Shown here one piece after another: positions 36,685 to 46,099 of a DNA stretch of 64,000 nucleotides (the first letter of the stretch is position 1; each line of letters begins with the position of its first letter). A program made the position numbers and the translations under genes. The stretch lies in the NCBI GenBank assembly GCA_964519725.1, contig CAZFKS010000003.1, forward strand, positions 15,821 to 79,820. Direction: 5' to 3'. The stretch is from an uncultured Gammaproteobacteria bacterium (GTDB lineage Bacteria; Patescibacteriota; Patescibacteriia; Magasanikbacterales; UBA922). Under the pieces are notes generated by a model that saw only the letters and a list, made by a program, of their open reading frames with translations, did not search any database and had not been told where the DNA came from.

Positions 36685-39018
36685 TCAGCGAGGTCTTTCG
36701 CAGGCATACCCAAAGAGCGCTGAGCATGGAACGTCTGCCCACCCCGCAGCTCCGCAGCCGGCGGACTGAAAGTCTGGAGGGCACGTCGCGATGCACTCCT
36801 CTCGCTTTGGGCCATTCGGATCTCCGGGCTGCCAGCGCTCATAGCTCCATTTTGCGCCGGTCGACCATGCGAACCGTCTCTTGTGGTTCTTGTATGTCGC
36901 GCGTGCTCCGAGCCAGAGCGAAGCTCTGAGCGTGGAGCTAATCTCGTCGATCGCCGCTTGCTCCTCAGCGGTTGCAATCGCTGCCAGCGCCATCTTTCGC
37001 TGCGTGCAATCGGCCAGCGCACCTTCCCATGACCGGCGCACTGACGTTGCCCAAAACTGCTTGCTCTTGGTTACCGCTACAGCTATGGCCACTGACGACG
37101 TTGGGGTGGATGGCATCTGCGGCACTTGCGATCGAGGCTGGGCAGACGGCACGGGATGGGCATCAACCCGGGCGTTTGCGGCACGTTCAACAGCGCCCGA
37201 GTCGTTCCCCGACTTCTTCTTGGGCTCGTTCATTGGCGAAGTGTCGGCCCGCTTGGGGACTGCAAATACGAGAACGGTCAGCGCGATGATGAATCCAAGT
37301 GGTACCCACACCAACCAACGTGACCCACCACCAGGCCGGGGCGAGGGGAAGCCCGGACCGTCTAGGGTCGTTCCGGATGAAAGTTCACGCTGAGATTGCG
37401 TGGGTTGCCGCGGTGCTGTGCGCGAACGCGCAGGCCCGGAGTCAATCCCGACTCGGCGGTCTAGTTCGCGGTGAGCTTCATCGGAAATCGCGCGAAGTTC
37501 ATCCGACACGAGCACTGTGGGAGCGCCCGCGAGCGAAGCCAAATCGACGTCGCGTGAGTCCTTTATTCTCGACAAGATCTCCGCAGCCCTATGGGGCAGA
37601 TGCGACGCAAATAGCATCGCGGACGTGAACGGCGCCTCATCGGCCACAATATGAAGGTACAAGATCCCCAATCGTCTGTCGCCGATGCCCCGGTTCCCTT
37701 CGAGGCACCACTGGGCGGCTTTGAAGCACCGAAGCAGCATGCCTTCGTGAAGCAACTTCAAACACTCCGGATAATCTCGAAGTGGTTCGAGGCCAGACTC
37801 CCGCAAACGTGTCTGTAGCGCTCCTTGGGGATGTTCCGCCTCGTAGACGGCGAATTCCTTGGCACTGATAAGCCCGTACCGTCGATTCGACGGGAGCAAC
37901 TTCGTCGCGACGCCAGCCGAGGGCGCGGGAGAATCCTCGCTCGTTGGAGCGTTGCCGTTCACCGGGCCGTACTTCGGAATGAAGACAACCGGTGTCGGCT
38001 CCTCATGAGGGTCGAGCGAGAACGAGCGGTCAACCATGTTCGTCCGCGCGACGGCCGCGTTCCAGATCGCCTTCTCCTGCTCTGCCGTCACCCGGAGGCG
38101 GAGCGACAGTTCGCGGTGGATGTTGGTGGCATTTTCGAAGAGTGAGTTCGCAACGCGCGCATTGCGACTGCGCAACTCGCTCGCACCGAATAGCAGCGGG
38201 ACCAGGATGGCGGGAAGGAGCAACGGATCGAATCGATCGATCGTCCAGGCAAGCAGTACTAGTGAAATCCCGCGGAACACCGCGTCGTCATTGCTCTCAC
38301 GAAAGGCGTTAAGAACGTTGCGGCTTAGAACAAGGGGAATGAGAGGACCCACGATCGAGGCTCCGAGTGCATTCCGAGTGCCTCCTCCGTCGAACTCGAT
38401 GGGGGCAAAATTCCCCGTTCGCAGGAACGAGCAGATGTCGATCAGCATTTGAGCGAAAGCCGGGTGGCCGTGCCGCCACATCCCGCGATACCCTGGATGT
38501 AGCTCAGTCTCGCCGAGTAGACCTGTTACGCTGCTCTCCGCGACGCGAAACCCGACCTTCGTTGGTTCCTCGGCACTCCAGGGTCCCTGCGTGGTCGCGA
38601 TGTGGCACAGATAGCCGAAGAGATTCGAGACATCTCGGTCGAGGTTCGAGAGCAGTTCGCGCGTAGTCGGAGCCAAATGTGGCCTCGTGTCGAACAGTGC
38701 CCGCTCAATCGAGCCAAGAAGAGCACCACAGTTCCGCATCGGGAGTGCAAGAACTTGAGTCAGGTCGATGGTGAGACAATGCGTCCACGCCCACGTCAGT
38801 CCGCGGTCTAGGAGGCCACCGAAGTCGGGCAGCGCTGCACCGCCTAGTACTTCCCTGCACGCCTCGAATCTCTCGCCAAGCGTGCCCGCACGTAGGAAAA
38901 CGCCGCTCCACACGGCTGCAAATGATGTCGAAACCGCGGGTGACGTGGAGTCGCGCACCTTGACCTCCAAGCTGGCGCGGGACAGCGTAGCAGAGCGAGA
39001 GAGTCCCGTGAAGGCCAC
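36685..39018 (-). CDS. Single-pass membrane protein with an extracellular C-type lectin domain (start uncertain)
   Basis: TM WLVWVPLGFIIALTVLVFAV; C-terminal SWEGALADC....MALAAI.TAEEQ...LWLGA...FAWSTG...Y.RWQPGDPN...EECI...W.DVPC....YACE, a canonical CTLD pattern. Confidence 0.75.
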   Translation of the reverse strand: MAFTGLSRSATLSRASLEVKVRDSTSPAVSTSFAAVWSGVFLRAGTLGERFEACREVLGGAALPDFGGLLDRGLTWAWTHCLTIDLTQVLALPMRNCGALLGSIERALFDTRPHLAPTTRELLSNLDRDVSNLFGYLCHIATTQGPWSAEEPTKVGFRVAESSVTGLLGETELHPGYRGMWRHGHPAFAQMLIDICSFLRTGNFAPIEFDGGGTRNALGASIVGPLIPLVLSRNVLNAFRESNDDAVFRGISLVLLAWTIDRFDPLLLPAILVPLLFGASELRSRNARVANSLFENATNIHRELSLRLRVTAEQEKAIWNAAVARTNMVDRSFSLDPHEEPTPVVFIPKYGPVNGNAPTSEDSPAPSAGVATKLLPSNRRYGLISAKEFAVYEAEHPQGALQTRLRESGLEPLRDYPECLKLLHEGMLLRCFKAAQWCLEGNRGIGDRRLGILYLHIVADEAPFTSAMLFASHLPHRAAEILSRIKDSRDVDLASLAGAPTVLVSDELRAISDEAHRELDRRVGIDSGPARSRTAPRQPTQSQRELSSGTTLDGPGFPSPRPGGGSRWLVWVPLGFIIALTVLVFAVPKRADTSPMNEPKKKSGNDSGAVERAANARVDAHPVPSAQPRSQVPQMPSTPTSSVAIAVAVTKSKQFWATSVRRSWEGALADCTQRKMALAAIATAEEQAAIDEISSTLRASLWLGARATYKNHKRRFAWSTGAKWSYERWQPGDPNGPKREECIATCPPDFQSAGCGAAGWADVPCSALFGYACERPR

Positions 39019-39212
39019 TGCGCCTCAAGAGGCCCTCACGAACCTGCTTGGGAGCGGACGTCACCTCCTCGCGCTTCGTTGGCGTTGTAGTTCCGGGCTG
39101 GCGCCTTTTGATTCCCGACCAACGCTGTGCCTGTCGTGCTGCTTCGCTGCCGCATGAGGAATGTCTCACCGGAACGGCCGTCTCGCGCGCCGTCAACTCG
39201 TAATTAGGCGCC

Positions 39213-39230
39213 TGTTTCCCCGGGGAAACA
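39213..39230. repeat. 18-bp palindrome, copy 1 (TGTTTCCCCGGGGAAACA)
   Basis: Perfect inverted repeat 8 nt past the stop codon of the 1962-aa gene. Confidence 0.9.
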
Positions 39231-39238
39231 CGGTTCCT

Positions 39239-42200
39239 TTAGTTGCATGGCAAGCCCTGGTAGCAGACGTTCGCCGCCGTCTTCCCGGCTGGCGAGAGCA
39301 CTCCCGTTCCGGCGTCCTTCGCAACCGCTAGGCTTCCCGTGTAGCAGCAGTTGTCGTCCGCTCCCGTCCAGCTGAACTCGCCGAGACGCGAGTCGACCTG
39401 CGTGTACTGCATGTATCCCGGGTTTCCGCCGTCCTTGGTTCCACACCGGAGGAAGGAGAACCGAAATGGCAGACCGTCGGCGCAGGTCGAACATCCAGGA
39501 TACGGCTTCAGGCCCACCTTGATGTTCGGCAGCAGGTACTCCACCCAGCCATCCCCGTCACTGTCCGAGACGGAGATCTCCTGGTGACCCCAGGCTTCTC
39601 CGTACGCCCAGCCGATCGCGCAGAGAGTCCCGCTCGCAACGAGCGTTGCGAGGTTGGTGCCGTCGTGGAGGTAGAAGGCCGACACCTTTAGGAGGATGCT
39701 CTTGTTGTCGGGGGACAGCTTGATCGCGAGCAGTGACGGGTCGGCGATGCAGGTCCCCCACGCGCAACCGGCAGAGCACGTAAGAGTGCCCGGGTTTCCA
39801 TTCGTCCAGCATGACGTCTTTGCCCCTGGAGCGCAGGCTCCTTCGCCTTGGCACTGACCCCAGCTCCAGACGCACGAGCTCGTGCAGGTCCGAATCCGCG
39901 AGCCGCAGTTTCCACAGGCGACCGAGTCCTGTGTGCCGGCCATGCAGACGCCACTTTGACCCATACACGTGGTCCAAGCGCCCCAGAGGCAGGTCGCCCC
40001 GCATGTGCGCGACTGGGTGCCGCACATGCCGCAGCTCGCCGTCTGGCTCCCGCCCGCAGGTGAACACGTCCCATCCGCATAGCCATCGCAGTCGTCGTCC
40101 TTCGAGTTCCCGCATACCTCGGCAATGGGAACGACCTCTCCGACACAGGCGCCGAGGCTGCCTCCCGAGCAGCTCCGAACGCCGGGCTTGCACGCGCCGA
40201 CTCCCTTCGTCGCTGCCGGTCCGGAATAGCAGGACTCGGTGTAGGCCGTAGCCACGTGGGTGCAGCCGCTCGAGCTCGCGCACGAGTCCTGGGTGCAGGG
40301 GTTACCGTCGTTGCATGCCGCGGCCGTCCCCGAGCAGAGCCCAGCCTGGCAAACGTCACCAGTCGTGCAGGCGTTCCCGTCGCTGCAGCTCCCTCCGGTC
40401 TGCGCCGCGTGGGTGCAGCCGGATGCCGCCGCGCACCCGTCCACGGTACAAGGCAAGCCATCGTCACACGGGACCGGCGTCCCCTTGCACGTGCCACTCG
40501 CGCAGGAGTCGTTCGTCGTGCAAGCGCTCCCATCAGAACAAGCACCAGGGGAAGGCGTGAACACGCATTGCCCGCTCGCGCAGGAGTCCGAAGTGCAAGG
40601 GTTCGAGTCATTGCAGACGAGCCCGGCGCCTGCGCAGGTTCCACTCGTGCACGTGTCGCCCTGCGTGCACGGGTTCCCATCGGAGCAGGCGGTGCCATTC
40701 GCAAGCGCGCCGTGCGCGCAAGCTCCCTGGCTGCAGGCGTCGCTCGTACAGGCGTTCCCGTCATCTGGGCACGCTCCGGACGCCGCTGGATAGCTGCATC
40801 CACTTGCTGGAACACACTCGTTGCTCGTGCAGGGATTTCCGTCGTTGCACGTGACGGGCTGGCCCTGACACGCACCCGCGACGCAGACGTCGGACGCCGT
40901 ACACGCGCTCCCATCGCTGCAGAGCGTTCCGTTGCCCACAGCGGTAAGAAGGCACGTTCCCGTAGCCGGCTGGCACGCGTTCTTCTGACACGCGTTCGCG
41001 GATGCGGGGCACGTCACAATGCTGCCTGGCTTGGTCGCGCATTCGTTGAGGACGTTGCAATACCGACTGCCGTTGCACTTGTCCGCGTCGTCCGGGCAGT
41101 CCGCATCGGTCTGGCAGGCGCACACGAGGGCGCCCGCCTTGCAGCTGCCGTTCTGGCAGGCGTCTCCGGCTGTGCAAGCGTTGCCGTCGCTGCACGCGGC
41201 CGTGTTGTTCACGGTCTGACAGCCCGAGGCGGGCGCGCAGGAGTCGTTGGTGCAGGGATTCGAGTCATTGCAGACGACCGGCACGCCTGCGCAGGTCCCG
41301 TTCGCGCAGGCGTCTCCGCTCGTGCACGCGCTCCCATCAGAGCACGAGGCTCCTGAGAGCTTCGCGTGCGTGCAAGCTCCGGTCGCTGGCACGCAGGCGT
41401 CCGTGGTGCAGTCGTTCCCGTCATTGCAGTTCGTGACCGTCCCCACGCATGCTCCAGCGACGCAGACGTCCCCCGTGGTGCAGGGGTCATTGTCCGAGCA
41501 CGCGTAGGCGCTGCCGGACACCTTCGGGTGCGTGCAGACGCCGTTCTGGCAGCTGTCGCCAGTGCAGGGGTTGCCGTCGTCCTGGCACGCGGTGCCGTTC
41601 GGCTTCCCCGCGCACGGAGCGCAGCCGTCATCCGGAACGCCGTCACAGTCATCGTCGAGATTGTTGCCGCAGACCTCGAGTACGGCCCCGCAGCCGCCGC
41701 AGGGGTTCTTGACGCCGTCGTCGACCACCGCATCGCAGTCATTGTCCTTCCCGTCGCAGGCCTCGACGAGTCCAGGCCGTGCGCTCGCGTCGTGATCGTC
41801 GCAATCCCCCTGATTCGGCGTGTATCCATCCTGGTCCGTATCCGCGCACGCTGGCGCCAGACTCCCGCCCTTGCAGGTTCCGCTGGCGCACGTGTCACCG
41901 AGGGTGCAGGCGTTTCCGTCCGAGCACGCCGCTCCGGCTGTCACGGCGGGGTGCGTGCAGGACCCGTTGTCACAGACGTCGAGCGTGCATGGGCTGCCAT
42001 CGTTGCACTGCGCGCCGCTTGTGCACTCGCACGCGAGCCCCGCCTTGCACGCACCGGCCTCGCAGTAGTCGCCATGGGTGCACACCGCCGGATTTTGAAC
42101 GCACGGTCCCGACGCGTAGCTCCACTGGCAGCCGACGCCGACGTTGCACCAGTTGTTCGTGCAGACGTTCTCGTCGGAGCACGCGGCGTCGCTCGGGAAC

Positions 42201-45127
42201 CCGATGCAGTCCCCTGTCTCGGTAACAACATCCCCCGTGGTGCAGGCTATGCCGTCGTCGCACGGCTCCCCCGGAACCGGCCCGCAACCATCGTCGACCG
42301 TGCCGTTGCAATCATTGTCGAGGTCGTCGCCGCAAATGTCGTTGTGCTCGTAGTCCTCAGGATCAACCAGCGGATTGCTGTCGTCGCAGTCGGTGTGGCA
42401 GTTCCATTCCGCGGCCGGGTACGCGTTGGTGGCGTAGCACTGACAGACGGAGATGGACGGGGCGCCGCATCCGTCCTTGTCCATATCGACGTAGAACGGC
42501 TTGCAGTTCGGGCCGTTCATGTCGTTATGCGTCCCGTCGCAGTCGTCATCCTCCTCGGTCGTGCAGTCTTCGGTTGCTGCGCAGCTCGTGCAGGTCGAGG
42601 TGTCGAACTTGCAGTTCACGCAGCCAAGTTGGCCACTCGGCTTGCCCTTTGCTTGGCAACTCGAGGGAATCGCGGAGCCATCACACTCCTCAGCTCCCTC
42701 GACGATGCCATTGCCGCAGATGGGGTTGATACCCCCGCAGTCCGAGTCGGGCCAGTCAGCCTTGCCGTCGCAGTCGTCGTCGAGCCCATTCCCGCACTGC
42801 TCAGCGCCGAGGACCGCATGCACCTTCGGGTCGTAGTCGTTGCAGTCGCCGGCGACGAGCGTCGAATAGATCCCGAGGGGGCCGCACGCGCAGCGGATGT
42901 CGCCCTCCTGACCGTACCCATCCTGGTCGACGTCCAAGTAGTAGGGGGTGCAGCCAGGGCCGTTGCGGTCATCAACATCGGTGTAGCCGTCGCAGTCCTC
43001 ATCCACCCCGTTCCCGCAGGACTCAGTGGCTGCCGGTGACACCGCGCCATCCGAGTCGTTGCAGTCGTCGCTGTTCGTCGAAGTAAACACGCCAGACGGC
43101 CCGCACATGCAAACGTCGCCGTTGATCCCGCCGTACCCGTCGCCGTCATCATCCTCGTAGTACGTGGAACAGCCCGTGAGGCTGAAGTCCTCGGTGTCGA
43201 CCTTCCCGTCGCAATCGTTGTCCTTGCCGTCGCAGATCTCCTGACCTGAACAACCCGCGCCGCCGCACTCGGTGTCCTCGCCGTCGACGGCGCCATCACA
43301 GTCATCGTCGGCCCCGTTCGAGCAGCTCTTCTCCTTGGCTTGGCAGCCGTACCCGCACGAACTGACGACGAACGTGCATTTGGTCGAGCACTTGAGGACG
43401 CCTGCGGTGCTGTAGTCGAGCGTGTCACACGTCGCCCCGCCGAACTGGGTACCGTCGCAGAACTCGCCCGGGTCCAGCACCCCGTTCCCGCATTTGGAAC
43501 CACCCCCAGCGACGCCTCCCTGCGGATTCCCGGTCAGCTTGGCGTAGTCCAAGCTGACCTCGTCGAACTCCGTATCGCTGCAGGCCTTCGCGAAGTCGAA
43601 GCGGACCAGAGTGACTGGGCCGCCGTCGGTCCAGCACCTGTTAGTACTCATGTCGAGGTTGAACGTGCACCACTCGCCAACGCCGCATTGAATCGTCCCG
43701 CATACCTTGATGTTGGCGTCGTTCGGTGCAGAGAAGTTAGCGCAATCCACCTCGCTTCCGTTCCACGAGATCTTCTTGGAGCCCTTGAAGTAGAGGCACG
43801 CGGTCCGGTCAGCACAACGTGACGACAGGTAGGAGCTAAACTGGCTGCAGGTTTTTCCATCGATCCACGCATTTTTAAACGTAATGCTTGGATCAGTTGC
43901 CGCAGGGTCGAGGTTCCACGGGATGGCGTCGCCTGGTGGCGGTTGCCGTGTTTTCCCTCTTCCCGGTTCCACGACCCAGCCAGAGAACCCCTTACTGGCA
44001 AACTTCCAGTTCGGGCACCCGGCGGCGTTCGGAACGGGAGTCTTCGTCGCTAGGTCGCAAGTTGTTCCGTCTGGGGGTATGCAGGCGCCGCCACAGCCAT
44101 CGGTTTCAGGGCCACATTTGGCGCCATCGCATTTCGGAACACAGCAAATATTAGCCTTCGTGCATACCGCTGGGAGCGTGCACCCCGGACAGAGCTTCCC
44201 AGGGCAGTTGCTCGCCTGACCGCACTTGCCGGCGCACTGCGGAACGCAGCAGTCTGGGTCCTTGGAATCCGTCGCACCATCGTCGTCATCATCCAGGAGG
44301 TCACCACAGAAAGATTCGTGTCCGGCCGGCGTGCAAGCGCCGCATGTGAACGTGGCCTCAGCTCCGTGATCCTCGATCGCGCCGGGAGCACAAAAACCGG
44401 GTGTCCATCGTTCGAACTGAGCTTCCGGTCCACAGTCAAACCCGGCCCCTGACCCGGCGCCCATGAAGTATGGGCATCTGTCGACGACCTCCGAAACGAG
44501 CCACTTCTTGAGCACGCAATGCGTCGAAAAAGACGTGGCCGCCACGCTAGCTGTTGTGCTTTTCGTGGATCCGGGAAACAGTGGCAATGCAAAGTGGTAA
44601 TCGGTCTTTTCCTTCAAGAGGGTCGCGTCGTATACCCCGACAGCAAAGTTGCCGCCGAACGTCTCAGGCTTGCTCAAGAGGAAATCATAGTACTTGTCCG
44701 TTGCTATCTGGTTGTTTGCAAGAAACGGCAAGCCGCACGTTTTCACGTAGTCCCAGGTGTTGAACTTACCGATTGGCTTGTCGTAGTTGAAGACGTCGAC
44801 GTAGTAGTTCCCAGCTGGCAGATTCGTGTCCAACTGCTTGGAGGTGAAGTTGAAGTCCTTGCCAGGATTTAGTGCATCCCAACCCGGGGCTGCGAACGTG
44901 TGATCGCACACGTCCACCTGGATCTCCAACGCAGATGTCCCGTTCGCATAGGTCGGGAAGCTGGGCTTCTTTTCATACCGAAAATCCACACGCACCAGAT
45001 GGTGTGTCAGGGTCACTTTCAGGTAGTCCGGCTTCGGTATCGTCCCCGCGCTTGCCGTGAAGCTTCCGACGAGCAGGCACCAGCTGACGACGGCAGAAAT
45101 TCCAGGGGAGATCGGCATGATGCTCAC
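39239..45127 (-). CDS. Large secreted Cys-rich repeat protein (Myxococcales-type CGNG repeats, MopE-like Ca-binding motifs, CxDGNxCTxDxC repeats)
   Basis: Signal peptide; CGNGVLDPGEFCDG; DCND.D..V.P...E.CGNG.D.DCDG; many CSDGNACT.GD.C / CNDGNPCT.DSC repeats; CG.CG.R.RTC...C.W repeats at the C-terminus. Confidence 0.85.
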   Translation of the reverse strand: MSIMPISPGISAVVSWCLLVGSFTASAGTIPKPDYLKVTLTHHLVRVDFRYEKKPSFPTYANGTSALEIQVDVCDHTFAAPGWDALNPGKDFNFTSKQLDTNLPAGNYYVDVFNYDKPIGKFNTWDYVKTCGLPFLANNQIATDKYYDFLLSKPETFGGNFAVGVYDATLLKEKTDYHFALPLFPGSTKSTTASVAATSFSTHCVLKKWLVSEVVDRCPYFMGAGSGAGFDCGPEAQFERWTPGFCAPGAIEDHGAEATFTCGACTPAGHESFCGDLLDDDDDGATDSKDPDCCVPQCAGKCGQASNCPGKLCPGCTLPAVCTKANICCVPKCDGAKCGPETDGCGGACIPPDGTTCDLATKTPVPNAAGCPNWKFASKGFSGWVVEPGRGKTRQPPPGDAIPWNLDPAATDPSITFKNAWIDGKTCSQFSSYLSSRCADRTACLYFKGSKKISWNGSEVDCANFSAPNDANIKVCGTIQCGVGEWCTFNLDMSTNRCWTDGGPVTLVRFDFAKACSDTEFDEVSLDYAKLTGNPQGGVAGGGSKCGNGVLDPGEFCDGTQFGGATCDTLDYSTAGVLKCSTKCTFVVSSCGYGCQAKEKSCSNGADDDCDGAVDGEDTECGGAGCSGQEICDGKDNDCDGKVDTEDFSLTGCSTYYEDDDGDGYGGINGDVCMCGPSGVFTSTNSDDCNDSDGAVSPAATESCGNGVDEDCDGYTDVDDRNGPGCTPYYLDVDQDGYGQEGDIRCACGPLGIYSTLVAGDCNDYDPKVHAVLGAEQCGNGLDDDCDGKADWPDSDCGGINPICGNGIVEGAEECDGSAIPSSCQAKGKPSGQLGCVNCKFDTSTCTSCAATEDCTTEEDDDCDGTHNDMNGPNCKPFYVDMDKDGCGAPSISVCQCYATNAYPAAEWNCHTDCDDSNPLVDPEDYEHNDICGDDLDNDCNGTVDDGCGPVPGEPCDDGIACTTGDVVTETGDCIGFPSDAACSDENVCTNNWCNVGVGCQWSYASGPCVQNPAVCTHGDYCEAGACKAGLACECTSGAQCNDGSPCTLDVCDNGSCTHPAVTAGAACSDGNACTLGDTCASGTCKGGSLAPACADTDQDGYTPNQGDCDDHDASARPGLVEACDGKDNDCDAVVDDGVKNPCGGCGAVLEVCGNNLDDDCDGVPDDGCAPCAGKPNGTACQDDGNPCTGDSCQNGVCTHPKVSGSAYACSDNDPCTTGDVCVAGACVGTVTNCNDGNDCTTDACVPATGACTHAKLSGASCSDGSACTSGDACANGTCAGVPVVCNDSNPCTNDSCAPASGCQTVNNTAACSDGNACTAGDACQNGSCKAGALVCACQTDADCPDDADKCNGSRYCNVLNECATKPGSIVTCPASANACQKNACQPATGTCLLTAVGNGTLCSDGSACTASDVCVAGACQGQPVTCNDGNPCTSNECVPASGCSYPAASGACPDDGNACTSDACSQGACAHGALANGTACSDGNPCTQGDTCTSGTCAGAGLVCNDSNPCTSDSCASGQCVFTPSPGACSDGSACTTNDSCASGTCKGTPVPCDDGLPCTVDGCAAASGCTHAAQTGGSCSDGNACTTGDVCQAGLCSGTAAACNDGNPCTQDSCASSSGCTHVATAYTESCYSGPAATKGVGACKPGVRSCSGGSLGACVGEVVPIAEVCGNSKDDDCDGYADGTCSPAGGSQTASCGMCGTQSRTCGATCLWGAWTTCMGQSGVCMAGTQDSVACGNCGSRIRTCTSSCVWSWGQCQGEGACAPGAKTSCWTNGNPGTLTCSAGCAWGTCIADPSLLAIKLSPDNKSILLKVSAFYLHDGTNLATLVASGTLCAIGWAYGEAWGHQEISVSDSDGDGWVEYLLPNIKVGLKPYPGCSTCADGLPFRFSFLRCGTKDGGNPGYMQYTQVDSRLGEFSWTGADDNCCYTGSLAVAKDAGTGVLSPAGKTAANVCYQGLPCN

Positions 45128-45133
45128 TCCGGG

Positions 45134-45829
45134 CTAGTTGGGTTGGCCGGACTCGCGAGAAAGAGGTTGCTGGGGCAGGATGATTGGCCACACGGCCGCT
45201 GAACTTTCGCCTTGTCCATGAACGGCACGAATGAAGGCAGGATAGGTGAGCCACATCGACAGGATTGCCTGCCCGGACCCACGAATTCGGAACCCGTAGA
45301 TTGCCAAGCGACCGCCTTCAAGTGCCGTTGACAAGTCTTCCAGCTTGCGTCGGCGCTGAGATTCCTCGGTCAACTTCATTTCGTAGTGCAGGCTGCTCCG
45401 GACGGCAGCGTCTGCTTCCCCAAGATCTGAGCCGTCAACGACGTCGAGTTCGAGATCCTGGGACGTGCTCGTCGAAAGCACCGAGTAGGAAACGACGCGG
45501 ATATCGTGAGCATTTCCCAGGACGGACGCGAGCTCCTCTGGCGTCATGAGGGAAGGGAGAAGGACTTCTCCCACCAGGACACTTGAACCGAACGACCGGA
45601 GTTCCTCAAACCACAACTTCTGCAACGCCGCGTCCTCCGCCCTCAGGGCCAGACACACCGTCGCGTTACTTTCGACTCTGGACGCCGAAGAACCAGGCGG
45701 GCAGTTGAGAACCCGCGGTTCCCTGAAGTCGCCCTCCGACCCGCATGCCACCAGTAGCAGTACAGCCAATAGGAGGGTGATCCACGGACACCAACCAAAG
45801 TCGCGAGGATAAGTGTTGATAGAATTCAT
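45134..45829 (-). CDS. Hypothetical lipoprotein (start likely ATG 45829)
   Basis: Lipobox LLLAVLLLVAC; directly upstream of and co-oriented with the Cys-rich protein. Confidence 0.6.
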   Translation of the reverse strand: MNSINTYPRDFGWCPWITLLLAVLLLVACGSEGDFREPRVLNCPPGSSASRVESNATVCLALRAEDAALQKLWFEELRSFGSSVLVGEVLLPSLMTPEELASVLGNAHDIRVVSYSVLSTSTSQDLELDVVDGSDLGEADAAVRSSLHYEMKLTEESQRRRKLEDLSTALEGGRLAIYGFRIRGSGQAILSMWLTYPAFIRAVHGQGESSAAVWPIILPQQPLSRESGQPN

Positions 45830-45937
45830 ATGCCTTATTGTCTCACACGGCACACCAGCACGCAAGCGCGTGCGCGATCGGCTGTGGCGATGCCACAGGC
45901 GGTCGAAGACCAGTCTTGACCAAAGTGGGGCTTCCGC

Positions 45938-45955
45938 CGTTTCCCCGGGGAAACG
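45938..45955. repeat. 18-bp palindrome, copy 2 (CGTTTCCCCGGGGAAACG)
   Basis: Perfect palindrome with a symmetric outer-base change, in a divergent intergenic region. Confidence 0.9.
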
Positions 45956-46099
45956 ACTGGGTTCGTTCTTTCTTCCACGCTCGTCTGACGGCACGATTTG
46001 ACCGGTCTCGGGTGTCCGGCTACCGTGTTCCGAGTGAAGGAGATCGAACTAGGCAACAGCGCAGCAAGCAGCCCCGTGCCCGAGCCGCCGCAGCCCGAG

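Noticed and set aside
36685-37100. Diversity-generating retroelement target (C-type lectin)
   Set aside because: No reverse transcriptase and no adenine-variant TR/VR pair seen in the window.
39558-43503. Long alternative-frame ORFs (408, 366, 557, 295 aa and others)
   Set aside because: Shadows of the GC-rich repetitive 1962-aa gene; Arg/Ala-rich with no motifs.
14077-45127. Shared CGNG..E.CD repeats in both halves taken as evidence that they belong to one genome or exchanged DNA
   Set aside because: The repeat is widespread in both CPR and Myxococcota; codon usage differs and I saw no nucleotide-level identity.
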